Notes: generated by a model from the letters alone, not told the origin. A DNA stretch of 63,627 bases, filler included, from Choristocarpus tenellus KU-1152 (GCA_964200185.2; 9 parts of 9 records of this genome joined end to end with filler, not necessarily neighbours in it); one strand, 5' to 3'. Positions 13,101-26,740 are shown, counted from the first letter of the whole stretch. Numbers and translations are program-made.

Positions 13101-14768
13101 TGAAAATGTGTGTTTCGATGGATCTGTGATTTGATCTGGACTTGCCAATGGATTTGTGGGGAATTGATGGAAGGTTTGTAAAAGCTTACTGAAGGGTATC
13201 ACCTCGGCTTATCTGGGAAATAAAAAGTTTGCCTCATGCTGGGACGTGATAGGATCGCCTCTCCCATTACCCTTGCCTTGAACATGTGTCTGTTATTCTG
13301 AGACTCTTAAGTGCCCCACACCTTTGTCATAGTCGTTAGGAATGAGTGGAATCTCGGTAGCCTACTTGTCCTGGACATATTTGTGTACTGTATGTGGGCA
13401 ACAATAGTCGAAATATTGAATCGAGAATCTTTGCGTTGGTGTCAAAGGGCCGAGGCAAAGGCTGCGGGAGGTTATCCCACCCTATGCAGGCGCAAAGAAG
13501 ATGAGCAAATTCATTCTCTGTGTAAACCTAAGCCTTCACAGAGATCTACCTTTCAAGGTACATCTCCTTTCAAGGTACATCTCTGCTGCATTTTTTCTTT
13601 TCTTTTTTCAAGGACATGGTACGATGTCATATTTAGCCACGATGGTCTCTGTCCTTCAACTACAAATATTCCTGGGGATAGTCCAAGAGTTGGTACTACC
13701 AGAAATGGAAGTTCTTTAAAGTATAAATTTTGTTCAGTCACTCCTGAGTGTTCCACTTTTTGAGATATCAGCTTTTGTGGCTGTTCACACTTGTCTACAA
13801 AATGCACACAAGTGGAAGTATTGCCCACAGGTGATTGCCAAAGATTGTTTGTGTGGGTATATAGAGCTTATGCTGTAGAAGTTTCCCTCATTGCCCTCAC
13901 AAACTCCCTTTTTGGAGTGAGCCCATCCCGGTGGTGGAAAAAGTGTATGTCGCCTGTTCTAGAAAGCTCTCTTCCATTGCAAGTTTTGGAAGGCAAGAGG
14001 AAGGGATTCCTTCTGTTCTGGTTGCCATGCTGTGTCGATGAGAGTATGGGCTTGACTAGCAGAGTGTATGATTGTTTGCGCTTGACATTTACTTCGACAG
14101 GCTGTCGAAATCTTTGTAACATTGTGTTGTGGTGGAAAGATGCAGCCACATTTTCCAGTATGCTTTCAACAGTGTTGGAAGATATCTGTGTGAAGAGTCA
14201 GAACATATTGTGGGAAAATGGTCAGTGAATGTTCTTTCCATTTTCAACACTCAATGGTACAAAATAACGTAGAGCATTGAATGCGAGTATGATGGAAGGT
14301 CAGGCCTCTGTTGCTGGTGCTGCATCATATCAGAACAACCAGTCACTAACATTGACTATGTTTAGTATGATGAATCAGAAGAGGTACTGTAAGCTGACTC
14401 ATTGTTGTGCACCCTGAGGAATCACTGACCTTACCCCTTTTGAATTAACATGATAACCAAAAAGTTGAGGTCATAACAAAATATTTTTCAAGATTGATAC
14501 TTACAGCCAGTTGGGTTTTGTTTGGTCATTGCTGATGTCGAGTCTAGCCTTGCTGTCAGCCCTCACCCCCAATTAACCTTGCTTGTGCTCTATGTAATTT
14601 TTCAATGTGTGACAGGCGGATGTGCGGATACCAGTAGAGGAGGAAGACCATGTCACAGATGTTACGAGCAAGATCATAAAATCTGTAGTGGAATTCATTG
14701 ACAGCAACCCCCCTAAGTGGCAGGAATGGAAGAAAAAAGCACAGGCAGAGGGCGTCGACTGGGCGTAA
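10122..14768 (+). CDS. aroK: Shikimate kinase, plastid-targeted; 5 exons: 10122-10394, 10766-10966, 11246-11353, 11527-11655, 14616-14768
   Basis: All junctions are phase-0 GT-AG. P-loop NIYLVGMMGVGKSTV; LDTD; SEIFEDEGEEVFRNVESQVL; VIATGGGIV; GIVVWLD; RPLL...EERRPMYEQ|ADV. N-terminal signal peptide followed by SSAVAFLP. Confidence 0.95.
12750..14250 (-). mobile_element. Degraded retroelement (Penelope-like?) inside shikimate kinase intron 4
   Basis: QTIIHSASQAHTLIDTAWQPEQKESLPLAFQN resembles the PLE post-RT helical region, and ELPFLVVPTLGLSP resembles the PLE linker. A similar segment (TFVLTYQG...NPETIREP) occurs at 15150-15330. Confidence 0.3.
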
Positions 14769-15959
14769 GGCGTCCACCTTCAATGCTGTTTTGTTGGTTC
14801 TGTGGTGCAGCTAGTGCTGCAGCTGTTGCCTGGCACGGTGGGGATAAGGGGAGGTAGCTTTCGCAGCCGTAGGGGTTTATGAATAGAAGATCCTTGATGG
14901 GTGGGAGGAGCGTTTGGTCACAGGACTTTCCAGCTCAGGTCACATGTTTGTATTTGGAGATACATTGCAGATACATTGCAGATACAGCAAAATGGATATG
15001 ACATGAGCTGCAGCACATACTACGAAATACTGTAATGCGTAATAATGTTTGAAAGTGATGCATTATTGTTACCTGTTATCCAATTCACTGCCTCATGCAA
15101 TCCAATAGTATTGGACCAGCAAGTTGTGTGTAGAACAGACTCTGTTGCAGTGAGGGACAAAGATGGATTGTCTGTTGAATAGGCATTGCTGAAATTCCTG
15201 CCGGGTGAGAGAAGGATACCCACATTAGGCTCTCTGATGGTTTCAGGATTCCTGAAAATGAGGATACTAATTATCCATGTGCATTTTTTATTGTTGTACC
15301 TTGTTCCTTGGTAGGTCAAGACAAATGTTTGCCAACAGTCTCTACCTAAGCCAAGCAATGTTCTACCACATCTTAATATGCTTGCACTGAGCACAAGTTG
15401 AAGATTTTGACGACCTGGGCAAAATCATCCACAAGCTTTTGCAACTGGTGATGACTGTCTTTGTGTTGAGCTATCGCAAGTGAGAAAATTGAGAAACGAG
15501 TTTCTTCCACTTGTTTCATCGTAAGAGGTATGACCTGATCATTGGTTGGCATGTTGATGTCAGGAACGATGCAAATATCCCCCCCTTCCTATTAATAATC
15601 GTCTAACCCTAACCCAAGGTGATCGCAGAAGAAGCATTGCAGCAAATATGTGGATCAATGGCTTGCTCGTCCCTATATCCTCCACCCCTCACCCCTCATA
15701 GCAGCATTGACTATGGACCTATCTCCCCAAGGTACTTGGCATGATTTCTGAGGTGGTAGACAAGAGAGAATGGAATCCTCGCCCTTGTCTTTTCATACAA
15801 TCATGTAGGAACAGAACTCGAAGTACTTGAACTTTGAGCATTATTGGAACCTTAAGTTCAAGTACACGATGACAAGCAAAACTACAATGCAGAAGTACGA
15901 TTGACCCACACAGAAGTGAGTATGTGATAACTATTTCTCCAACCCCCTCAAGCACACAT

Positions 15960-16011
15960 GAGGGTACGGGTTTTGCCCTGTTTGTCCATTATTTGGGGCT
16001 TGGCTTCCCAT
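15960..16011. mobile_element. MITE family A fragment at contig end
   Basis: gagggtacgggttttgccctgtttgtccatt..ggggcttggcttccc matches 26497-26542. Confidence 0.7.
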
Positions 16012-16232
16012 NNNNNNNNNNNNNNNNNNNNNNNNNNNNNNNNNNNNNNNNNNNNTTAATTAATTAANNNNNNNNNNNNNNNNNNNNNNNNNNNNNNNNN
16101 NNNNNNNNNNNTTTGTATACACTTACTTCTAGCTCCCTAGCTCCGCTCCCGAGCGCGCAGGTGTAGGTAGATTGGAAGCACAGGAAGGCAGTAGTACAAT
16201 ATTGATAGTGGTGGAGTAACAAGTAGGTTAAG

Positions 16233-16366
16233 TGTTTTTCACATTTATGATATTTTGTTCCTTTTTTAGGTGGGCTTATACTGACATATTTTTAGTTTTC
16301 GTTTGTTTTCCCCCTGACACATCTATATATAGTATCTGTAAAATATCCGAGGGCCTAATAATAAAA
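16233..16366 (+). repeat. Dispersed ~130-bp repeat with (TAA)n tail (SINE / LINE 3' end); other copies at 17487-17627 and 42289-42408
   Basis: Shared core ttcccc(c)tgacacatct...aaaat(g/a)t..gagggc(a/c)taataa in three places on two contigs. Confidence 0.6.
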
Positions 16367-16899
16367 ATACGCTTCAGTAGAAAGTACAATACTCGTCAAA
16401 ATGTGTACACTCGAAAATTATATCTTCAAACAAAACGAATCAAAGTGAGGGGTGGTCACCAAAGGGTTCTTCATTATTAGAAGTAGCCCTTCTTGGAAGT
16501 CTCAATGTCAGCATCCGACAAGCATAACCCACTTGTCGATCAAAATGGAGAGGTCATGTTCTTAGCAAGTAGTGTGAAGGATACGTTCTTTCTTGACCTT
16601 TTTTGTTTTCATTATTCAAATGCCAATTATTATGATGATACTAGGATGACAAGTAGTGGCAAATAAATGTCTGCCACTCACCATATTATTGAATCTAGAC
16701 ATCCTACCTTAGAGGGGGTCAATTTATCCTTTGAAACCTCCTGATTGGTACCCCACTCTCACGCCAGAAGTGCAACTAAACCCCCTTGGCACGTTGTGAC
16801 TTGGAGCGAATTGACAAATGTTCGTCCACGAAAAAAAAAGGAATCCCTCGTCAGAGTGCTAGAAGAACACGTACTAAATCGAAGATAGTCACAGGGGTT

Positions 16900-17400
16900 C
16901 AACGTGCTCAACACCCCCCTTTAAGATACCGGGACCTTTGTCATGAACAGTACCAGGGTAGAGAACCTCTGGATCTCACACTGTGTGCGTTCCAGACATC
17001 GTTCATCCCCTCAGAGCAGTCCATATCTTCTGCAACTGGATCCATTTCATAAGCCGTGAAAAACAGTTTCAGCTAGGAGGGGTGATGAACAGTTATTTCA
17101 CGGCGATCCTGTTCCCTTTTTACATAGTACATGGCATATGTAACTTCGGACATGACTTGGTAAGGATCTCTCCAACTTCTTAGGAGTTTGGGATCAGGGC
17201 CATCTGAAGACACACAAGGTTTGAAAGCCACACAAATGTAGCGGTTCATACTTCGAGGAAGGTAGGTCGGCATTATCTATTTCTTGGTGTTTGTGGAGAC
17301 TACGACGTGTCAACTCGTTCGCGAATTGTAGGTAACTGTTGTACGGTATTTGGAGCATAGTCTTCCACACAAACAGGTACAACTTCAGGGACTCCTAGAA
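16900..17400 (-). mobile_element. Gypsy integrase GPY/F-domain remnant
   Basis: DGPDPKLLRSWRDPYQVMSEVTYAMYYVKREQDRREITVHHPS*LKLF (17050-17200). Confidence 0.65.
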
Positions 17401-17879
17401 TGATATAATATCTAGAAGCAGTATTATAGGAGAGGATGGCGCCCAACCGTAAACAAAAAATGTTTTTTCTCGAACAATTGGACGGTTTCCACACTTACAT
17501 TGTTTTATAGTTTTCTTACGTTTAGGATATTTTATTTCTTTAGGGCTAATAACGACATATATATAGTTTTCATTGGTTCCCCCCTGACACATCTGCAAAA
17601 TGTCAGAGAGAGGGCATAATAATAATATAGGATTGTATTCTGTATTCTGTATTTTCGACTCGATGGACAATCCGTATCAACCACAGCGTAATGATACCCC
17701 GATTGGTTTTATCGTCCAAAGAAGAGTTGGCGAGGTAGACCAAACTCTCGCGCATTGCATTATTCTTAGTGAAACGGTGAAACCACATCGAGAAATTGTG
17801 TGTCGAGTATTTTTTGTATACATGTGTGGTATCAACATCACACCATTATTCACTTGCACAAAAGAGAGGGGTTGGCTCA

Positions 17880-18390
17880 CGACCCAGCCCCAGGTAGGTA
17901 CGGCGAAAATTAGTCAACCACTAAGCGAAGATGGAGAACTCGGGCACTTCAACAAAAATGGTTTCTGACAGTGAGTCGCTACTCCTGGAGTCGATCACAT
18001 GAAATACAGACAACCAGAAGATCAAAGTCTTGTAAACAAACATCTCTATCCTTTCGATTGCAACAAATGCTCCAAAGTACTCAATCATACCAATGAACAT
18101 CAGCAACGAAATTTCAGTCGAGGTTAGGCTTTACATATTCAACCCAGGAAGTCTCAACAAGTGATACTCAATCCACAATACAGTCCACTTTCTCCGTTGC
18201 TGGAATACGCATCAGGTAAGTGTGTGCTGTTCCCTGTGGGAGGTATAATTTGCCGCACCCCCAGAGAAATTGATTTTGTGACAGGAAGAAATCGCAGGTT
18301 TGAAACCTTCACCCCAACCCGGAATGCTCTCAGAATGCCAGAGGCTAGGAGCTCACAGTAGTGATCACTCCTCCCCACCATGACCACTTC
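17880..18390 (+). mobile_element. Possible Gypsy RT N-terminal remnant
   Basis: GVDH/EIQT...KQ and ILNPQYSPLSPLLEYASGKCVLF resemble the HEI.T...PS.SPWASPVV.VRK.SGKWR region. Highly degenerate. Confidence 0.3.
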
Positions 18391-18501
18391 TTAAGAAGTG
18401 CACCAATCTGCTAGAGCGGAGATTTGTTGGGCATTGCTGTTGTTAGGTAGAGGTCAGTAGTATTTGATATTTCTGTATTATTGCCGCATCCACCGTGGCA
18501 G

Positions 18502-20783
18502 TGGACGATCATGGGGAGATGAGGGTGGACGCTCAGAATTGGGCAGCAGCTGCCATTGAGACCAGGACAGATGAGAAGGCAATATCCAAGGATATCAAGG
18601 TGTGATTGTCAAGTAAGGCATGAGTGCATTGCTGTGCAATTAATGAGATTAGCAGGAGATGTCGGGATGCGTATGATCATCTCCAAGATTGTTTTCCCCT
18701 CTAGAGATCACATTTATACAATAGTATAGCTTTTAGTAGAACTCTATTTACATAAGGAATGAATCAAAAGTACGATTGAGTATATTGGAGGCGGCAATCT
18801 TTTCTAGTTTTCTTGTAGAGCTGCGAATCCACTACTCAATTGAAGGTAATTGATACCGAAAATCCAGGGGTTGCATTCGATTGAATATTTACCCAAACCT
18901 GTGGACTCTGTGTGCACCATTGGAATTTATTTTTCCCTGTGGTGCTCTGGACTTATTATGCCCTGCTTTGTGAGCTGCAGGCACGTTTTGATATTTAATT
19001 GAGTTCATCAAAAGATTTTCGAGTTGTTTAATCAAAGATCAACAAAGATTCAATTCACAGCAATAGACTGTTTTTGACTTCGTACAACGTATTTTCAAGC
19101 TATGTACTCCCTCTCTTCGGCATTAGTTCAAACAGTGTGCAGGGGCACTCTATAAATGCACACTCAGGTATCACAGTTACATTTTTTTTGTGCATAAGTC
19201 TTACAAAATCCTACTCTTGATGCTGAACAACGAAAGTATGAGAAAGCTCCCAATGAGTCACGGGACTGGATATTTCCAGCATAGTATCAGCTTATCTGGG
19301 CAGGATGGAGAGTGCACCACTGCATTGTACTTTGAAGTATGTATCTACGTAATCGGAAACCAATTCGACAGAGACTAGGACTTCCTTTTCATGGAGATCC
19401 CAAAGGGTGACGTAAGAGTGCACGATGCGGAAAGGTACTAGTTCCTATACTTGGAGTAAAATGTTGTACTTAGAAGTAGTATCAATATCGTGGTAGGAGC
19501 AATAGTATTGACACGTTTTAGTTCAGGTATGTGCTCTGGTGATCTCAATTATATCGGCAGGGCTTTTAACAAGTCAGTATTGAAGCAAGCAACTTGCAGT
19601 AATACGGTTTGGTGCAACTTGCCCGGAGGACAAAGAAAAGACGAGTGCTTTAACCAGATCATTCTTCTATTACTGGAATGACCTGTCGGGTGATTCACAT
19701 CGATTTATTGGAAACATTATGATCAAACTATATTGATTAGGGGTTCCAACCAATATCCACTGCAGCAATTATGAGCAGGGTACAAGTTGATAAAAGGTAG
19801 TAGTAGGGATTGAAAATCAGACATAGCACTAAAATCTGTCACACACTCATCTGGTCTAAGAGCTCATCTGTCTGCCATGTCGTAGATCTGGTCAGCTGGC
19901 TTGTGCACAACTACATACTTTGTAAGAACCAGAAACATAGTTGGTGAGCTACTGCTACTCTCACTGCAACTGTCGATATACCCAGTACTTGAGGTTCTTG
20001 CACTTTTGACCTCATAGCATCCTAGAGGGAGGGGGAGGGGGGCGCTTCGACCAATTTGGGGCTTGAAGAGGTGTTGCTAGACACCCCGATTTGATTCTGC
20101 TGGTGAATTTCCTTCTGATTTGGTCTAGGCAGGGGGTGGGGGTGGGTGGAAAAGAAAGGTGAGTTCAGACAAAGGAAATTACAGTTACATTTGAGACATT
20201 CGCTCAGATGACATAAAGGTCACTACAGGTTCACGCAGGCCCTGAATGGACGCCTGACCTCTCTCTAGAATACCATGGACCTTTGTTGAATCCGCAGGTA
20301 CATTTAGCGTCCCTCATCCTTTGTTTTTGGTGGGGCATTTTCCGCTCCGTAGTAAACCCGGTAAGGGGAGCCTCCTACCCACACTAAAAAACAATCACCA
20401 TCGCCGCTTTTCTCCTTTTGCTCAAGGGTATATATATATATATGGTTCCCAAAAAAATTCTGAGACGGGAAGAACAGTTTCGCACGGAATTGAGAAAAAA
20501 AAAATGTCCATGGTTAGTTAATTATGGGCTTGTTGCGCACAGATAGGTGTCCTTCTCCACCAGTTGCCCTGCCTGTTTTTGTTCAGGAGAGGTCACACCC
20601 CAACCAGCCCCAATGTTCCTCTCCCTTTCACACTGTCCGCAGTCGAAGTTCGAGGTGAAGTATGGCCCGACATGGCACTGTATTGTGGGTACTGATTTCA
20701 AGGCCTTTGTCACCCACGAGAGCAAGCACTTTGTCTTCTTCTACCACGGGAAGATGGCAATATGTCTTTACAAGGCTGGCTAA
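18502..20783 (+). CDS. DYNLL: Dynein light chain LC8 family (divergent paralog); exons 18502-18599 and 20643-20783; 5' exon unresolved
   Basis: DDHGEMRVDAQNWAAAAIETRTDEKAISKDIK | [46 protein letters not shown], joined by a phase-0 GT-AG intron. It aligns with the LC8 consensus [25 protein letters not shown]. Confidence 0.9.
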
Positions 20784-23386
20784 GCCCTCACCTCTCTTAC
20801 CTTGCGCGCAATGAACACCAGTCTGAGGTGTGAGTGAGCGAAACGCTCGTCGAGGATTCTCCCAAGCCTTAACCATTGTTTATAATTGGCTTGTGGAAAG
20901 ACAGGAGTTCAATTGACCCTTGCAAGTCAACATTCTTTCACACGACACGCTTCGTTGTTTTCAGGCTATGCAGTTGGCGATTAATACAATGAACAGGATA
21001 GGAAGAAGAGTTACATGATAGATAACAAGATTGATGTTATATATATATATAGCAAGATTTTATGTAAGGTCCAATATTGGCTCCAAGTTATGTTCTAGTC
21101 ATAGTGCAGGCTGTCCCTTCATCTTTATTTTGGTATTTTAGTATTTTATTGTTTTAATGTCGTCATTGTAGCGTTCGTCTTTGGTGCCATGTCCACTGCC
21201 CCTCTATGTTCTTTAATATCACCTCATATTTTACGGTTCTTAACTCCTTTTTTTCCTTCATATTGTTACTAAAAATTTTTTATTCATCTCCTCCTAACGT
21301 GTAAAAAATGATGCTGTCTCTCCCCCCCTCCTGTTTCATTCTCTTACCTCTGTGACCCAGGGTTGCACATACATTGTGTGCCTGAAGGAAATGAGAAAGG
21401 AAGCTATAAAACACACACACACACACACACTTGGTGCACAACCACATCGTCATCATTTTATCAACGGAAGTTAGTTGGAGAAAGGGGCAACGGCAAGATT
21501 GATAGTAGCTGATTGATAGTAGTTAGTGCTCTCCAGAGTACTGTCCCTTCCAACCTACCAGTCAAGACTCATCATTCCCTCAACGGAGCTGAGAAGAGGA
21601 GGTAGTCCATGTACATGTGTATGTAACAGGATGAATGATTGACTCTGTTGAAAGCTGCTTCAAAGTTTGTCAACTATCTGCGTAGCTAACAATTCAGCCT
21701 ATGAGTGGGCGGGTGCTTCCTCTCCACATGGAGTTCCAACTAATCATGTAGTACCACACAACCACTTTGGTGCCACTGGCTGTATGCAGTATAATAGTAG
21801 TAGTGACAAGCAAAGTAGTCTAAGTATAATCAATTAGTTTCTTCACACCCTGAAGCATGAAGTTCTCTTCTCTTGATCATTTTATATGTATGTACAGTAT
21901 ACAGATCTTTGCTAACCCTAACCCTAATTCACCACAGTATATACTTGATACATTAAATATGTAGTACATGGTAATGCAGACTGATTAAGGAGCAATCCAC
22001 ATCTTCACATACTACAACATTTTGCAGCTTGTTGGTCAAAACATCGCCATTATTATTATTGTTACTATTTTTATTGATTTTTGTTGTGATACTTGATATT
22101 ATTTATTGTTAATGCTAATGATAATATTGTTTCTATTATTGTTAATTCCGTTACTATTGATTGTTGCAACAACAGTACATGTGTTGCTCCTGTATCATCA
22201 CCTACCTACATCTCTGCTGCATTGTCCACAAGTTTCAAGTAGAAAGAGTACTCTCTCACACTGTACAGACAGATGGTGATTATCACCTAGTACTTCACGG
22301 TAGAAAGCTTCAAGTTTAGTTGCGGTTGATGGCATTGGATAGTACCAAGTACTTTATGTGTATACACTACTACTACTACGCTATACTTCGAAAGTATACA
22401 CTGTATAAAAATGTGTTGTTACACATTATGCTTGTGTGCGCAGCAGCAGTTGTTGGCTTGAGGCCACGATCACATGTTTGTCTTTCCACGCAAACTCTTC
22501 AAGCCCGTAATCTTTTTTAAAGAACAAATTTTCATTTCACTCATACTGTACAAACGGCATCCGACTTTTGAGTGGATGCTAAAACCTACCTGATCATTTA
22601 AGCTCACCTTACTGGGCATGCCTGTTGAATAACATCCTACTTCACCAATCAACAACTTTATTTGCACCACTACTACCACTGTTACCACAATCACACACTT
22701 CCAAGTATTATTTATATGCATGTACTATGTATTTATATTATTCAGTTCCTCGACTTGTAATCTACAGTTCCCTTCCTCTGTTGTGGTTATATATAACAGT
22801 GGATTTTAAAATTGAGGATGGAGCGTACTATTAAGGATGGTTTTAAAAGAAAAAAAAGAAAAAAAAGTGCCGATATGTTTTTTTTGTAAATGTTACNNNN
22901 NNNNNNNNNNNNNNNNNNNNNNNNNNNNNNNNNNNNNNNNTTAATTAATTAANNNNNNNNNNNNNNNNNNNNNNNNNNNNNNNNNNNNNNNNNNNNCAAT
23001 CAGTGACGAAAGGCATTCGCACTGGTAGGTCATCAAATGGGGAATAGAGGATAGAGGGATAAGAAAATTGGAATGTGAAAAATAATAATAATAATCCAGA
23101 ATTCGTGAGCAAAACAAATTGGAGATTTCTGTGAATTGAAATTGGAGGTGTCAGCAGCGGGAAGAAAAATACTTATCACCGTTTTTTTCTTCCCATTCTC
23201 TCATCAAAACATAAAAAATAGGATTGTCAAAACTGGGCAACATCGGTGGGATTGGGATAGAGAACTTGTAGTAAATCTCTTGGAATGAGCGGTAGGACTG
23301 TAACAGTTTTAAATCGTAGTATGGTCACCAACCCACCGTCCTTGTGGGATGATTTTTAAAGGACCCTCATCATTTTGTTCCGCTTT

Positions 23387-23564
23387 GACCCCACGTATCT
23401 GGGGGGGGACGGCGGTCTACACCAGAGTGTCCATTTGAACCAAACCATAAAAGTGCACTTACATTATCCGTTCGACTTATGCAACCAAATCACATAAAAA
23501 TCGCGACATGAAAAAATTGACCCCAAATGGACAGCTGCCACCCCCCCCCCAGATACTTTGAACC
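23387..23564. mobile_element. MITE family B, full length (~178 bp)
   Basis: gaccccacgtatct(G)n ... (C)n agatactttgaacc, with exact 3-bp flanks TTT/TTT. The interior matches 37690-37871. Confidence 0.8.
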
Positions 23565-24839
23565 TTTCCTGCTACCTACCTTCTTAGCTAAAAAAGTGAA
23601 CAGGAAACGAATCATATCTATTGAGGCTTAAGGTAGTCAACACAGCACAACCCCCATCCTGGCAGCTAGTGCCTGACCACTGAGCTTGCCCTTCACCTAG
23701 ACCTTTTTGTTCTTTGGTCAGTAAAATGTACACCCTACCATTGAAGCTCGACCCAAGGTCACACTTCAAATGCCCCTTCCCTTATCTTGTTCTTGGGTGA
23801 AACACATTTTCTACCCCTCTCTACTCAGGTCGCCAACTTCGTCTCTCTGTGTTGTGGCGGGGTACTTGCCTGTCCAGGGCACGACTGTGTAGTAGCAAAT
23901 TGTTTACAATATCGCAGGGCTCTTGTGAGGGATAGTTCGAAGGGAGCCTTCATCCTACATATGGTGTTAGTCATGTGTCTAACCCCACTTTGCCTAAAAT
24001 GTCGGATAAGGTATATTCTAGAACTGATTGGAAAACTTTTTTCTTTTTTCGATCGAGTTTGTTTTGGGATTAATTTGCTCCTGTCTTTGCTTTTTTTGTT
24101 TTAAATTGCCTCTTGCGTACTTGTAACAACCTTGAACCATGACCTACTGTGTTGAGGATAACTTAGAAAGGCATTGGTGATTACTATAATTGATAAAAGA
24201 CGGAAACCAATGACTAACAAATAGATTAGATCCAACTAATATGTACGTAGTGTGCAAACCAGCTAGTCATATATCAAGTGACGACGCTGGTCAAAACTAG
24301 CTTGTAAAATATTCAATGGTGCACAGCATAGTACCACAGACAAATCACTCCTATGAAGGCCATTTTTGCAATGTCCTTCATCTACAATATGCACAATATT
24401 CGAGGTATGATCTAACATGAAACACATTGTACACTCTTTGGATTAAAATGCCAGGGGTTTGCTCATGCACAACTTGCCCTGCAGCAGGATATGTCAAAAC
24501 TAGTGTATTTCCCTCGCAGTGGGTAGGCAGGCACAATTGCTCGGCCCTGGGTTTGCACCAAGCACAAATGCCTTTTTCTTGAATGTCACAAAGAAGATCT
24601 GATACACATTCCACCATCCGTGAACACAATAGGTCATCCTAAGTAGCAGTTGGTGCTGCTATACTCGCCAATTCAATATAGAGCCCCCAGACGAGCATGA
24701 GTTTCCTTGTGCACAACTAAGTCACACTTTCCTGGTAGATATGTCAACGACAACACCCTTGTCTGTCTAGCACACCACCTGCCAGGCCAAAAACATCTAT
24801 GTAAGCACCTCTGGTTAAGAATACACACTAGTATCACCA

Positions 24840-25547
24840 CTAGTATGCGCCCTGTGAGGAGCACTGCCTTGATTGGCATCCTGTGCCGCTGCATCCCCGC
24901 TCTCCACCAGCCCCCCCATTTTCTTTTCCAGAGCCAGTTGTACTCCATCCCCACCGCATGGGCTGCTGTAGGGAATAAAAGAGAACATACGCGGACGACC
25001 CCCCAAGTTGTGAAGGGTCTATGCGGCTGACTTGAGCATCATCAAAGTTGTACCATTGCCCGTCGCATCTATTCCTACAGAATGCCGTGTAGTGTCCCCC
25101 CCCAAGCCCCCCCATATGGTTGGCCACTCCGAACAGCTCATACACCAGCTCAGGTTCCAATTGAGGTCCCTGCATCGATTTTTTCCGCCCATCAGTCCCT
25201 GATCCCTTCCTCTCGCCTGCTACATGGCTACTGGCACCGTGAGTAGCACGGACACCATGGGAAGCGTAAGGCCGCAGATCCAGACCGTGCAAAGGGAAGT
25301 CTACCACTGTGTCCAGCTTGTCTCTGGAGGAGGCTGTGTACTGGAACCGTTTGAGGTGGATAACCATAACTGGAGGGAAACGGTGGATGGAAAGTCGTTT
25401 TGTGCTCCTCCGTCGGCGCCCACAGTTTTCACACAATGGACGGTTTTCCCCATCCAGAACCTCTTCGCTACTGAAAGCATGCAGGCAATCGTCCAGGGAG
25501 CAGCCCCTGACCCCAGTCCCCAACCCTGTTTGTGACCTCCGTTGACA
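24840..25547 (-). CDS. Ubiquitin carboxyl-terminal hydrolase (USP, peptidase C19; USP2/8-like), terminal exon
   Basis: CSLDDCLHAFSSEEVLDGENRPLCENC; PPVMVIHLKRF; VDFPLHGLDL; His box YELFGVANHMGGLGGGHYTAFC; WYNFDD; SAYVLFY. Acceptor tag| at 25548. Confidence 0.93.
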   Translation of the reverse strand, partial: CQRRSQTGLGTGVRGCSLDDCLHAFSSEEVLDGENRPLCENCGRRRRSTKRLSIHRFPPVMVIHLKRFQYTASSRDKLDTVVDFPLHGLDLRPYASHGVRATHGASSHVAGERKGSGTDGRKKSMQGPQLEPELVYELFGVANHMGGLGGGHYTAFCRNRCDGQWYNFDDAQVSRIDPSQLGGSSAYVLFYSLQQPMRWGWSTTGSGKENGGAGGERGCSGTGCQSRQCSSQGAY

Positions 25548-26480
25548 CTATGCGAACAGGTCATCAAACAAAAGCATCGATGTTTGTGTGTGTGTGGGAG
25601 GACTAGGTCGAACGAACTGGTTGACCAAATAAGTTTGTCCAGTGGATGTACAAATCAAGAGAGAGATGGTGAGGTTAATGTTGGGGGTACATGCCTCAAT
25701 CAGCAGAAGGACAATGTTTTACCCTGGAATGTAAGGTTAGAGAAAATTTCTTGATGACTTGAAGTGTTAAATTGATGTGTACCAAAAGCATGGAGGAGGG
25801 CCTGAGTTTGCTGCTAGTCAGCTAAAGCAAAGGTAGGTTCGGCTATAACAACCAATGGCATCCATGGTAACATTTGAGGGCTGGTCTTTACCATAGTTGC
25901 CCCAAAGCTGCAAAAGACGACTACTTGAAAATCTTCAAGAGTTGAGCACGCTTAGGATCAGTACTGACACGTCATCAACTACACCCAAATAACCTCATTC
26001 ACATCTAAGTGGGCCTAAATTCTGCTGTACCTGCTACACAATTGTGAGCCGATCACAAAAACGAGAGTGCTACACTTTAGATCTAGCCCTCCAGGAAAAA
26101 AATCGGTTTCCTATCATCTAAGGATTTGCTTCAACAGTATGTCCCCCCCCCCCCCCAAGCAGAGTGCTACAAACCCAAGTGTTTTCTTTAACATAGTCTA
26201 TAGTAGAAATCTTCTGTAAAGGGTAGCATACTTCCTAGAATGTGCAGAAACAACTGCACAAATGTTGAAGATACTGGAAATGCAAGTGACTAATCACAAT
26301 TAGAGATTGGGGAAGGGGGGGGTCAAGAGCATGTCAGAGATGCATAAGTGGTCTACACTTACAAGTACTTTGGAATGCTAGGAGGCGGTGTGTCTATAAT
26401 TAGTGACATGTAAACATTAGCTTCAGAGTTCCCCCAAAACACCAGTGTTCATTCACTTGAGAAAAATGGTATTAAAATTA

Positions 26481-26740
26481 GAGTCAAAGCATCTTAGAGG
26501 GTACGGATTTTGCCCTGTTTGTCCATTTGGGGCTTGGCTTTCTAGGAGTGTTTTTTATGACATATTACCTACTCCAAAATATTTTGAATTAGGTAGAATG
26601 TATACGTTATGAAATGGTGTATCCGGAACAAGGATATTGACACTTCCTAACGAACACGATAGCCAAAATTACATCGAAATCGCAACGTTGGATTTTGACC
26701 CCCAAACGGACGCGGCTCTACCTCTCAGATACTTTGACTC
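26481..26740. mobile_element. MITE family A, full length (260 bp)
   Basis: TIRs GAGTCAAAGCATCTTAGAGGGTA / TACCTCTCAGATACTTTGACTC; flanks TTA/ATA; no ORF. Confidence 0.9.

Noticed and set aside
16500-18400. Possible endogenous giant-virus (phaeovirus) segment
   Set aside because: There are no long intronless ORFs or NCLDV core motifs, and the recognisable pieces are Gypsy integrase and RT remnants.
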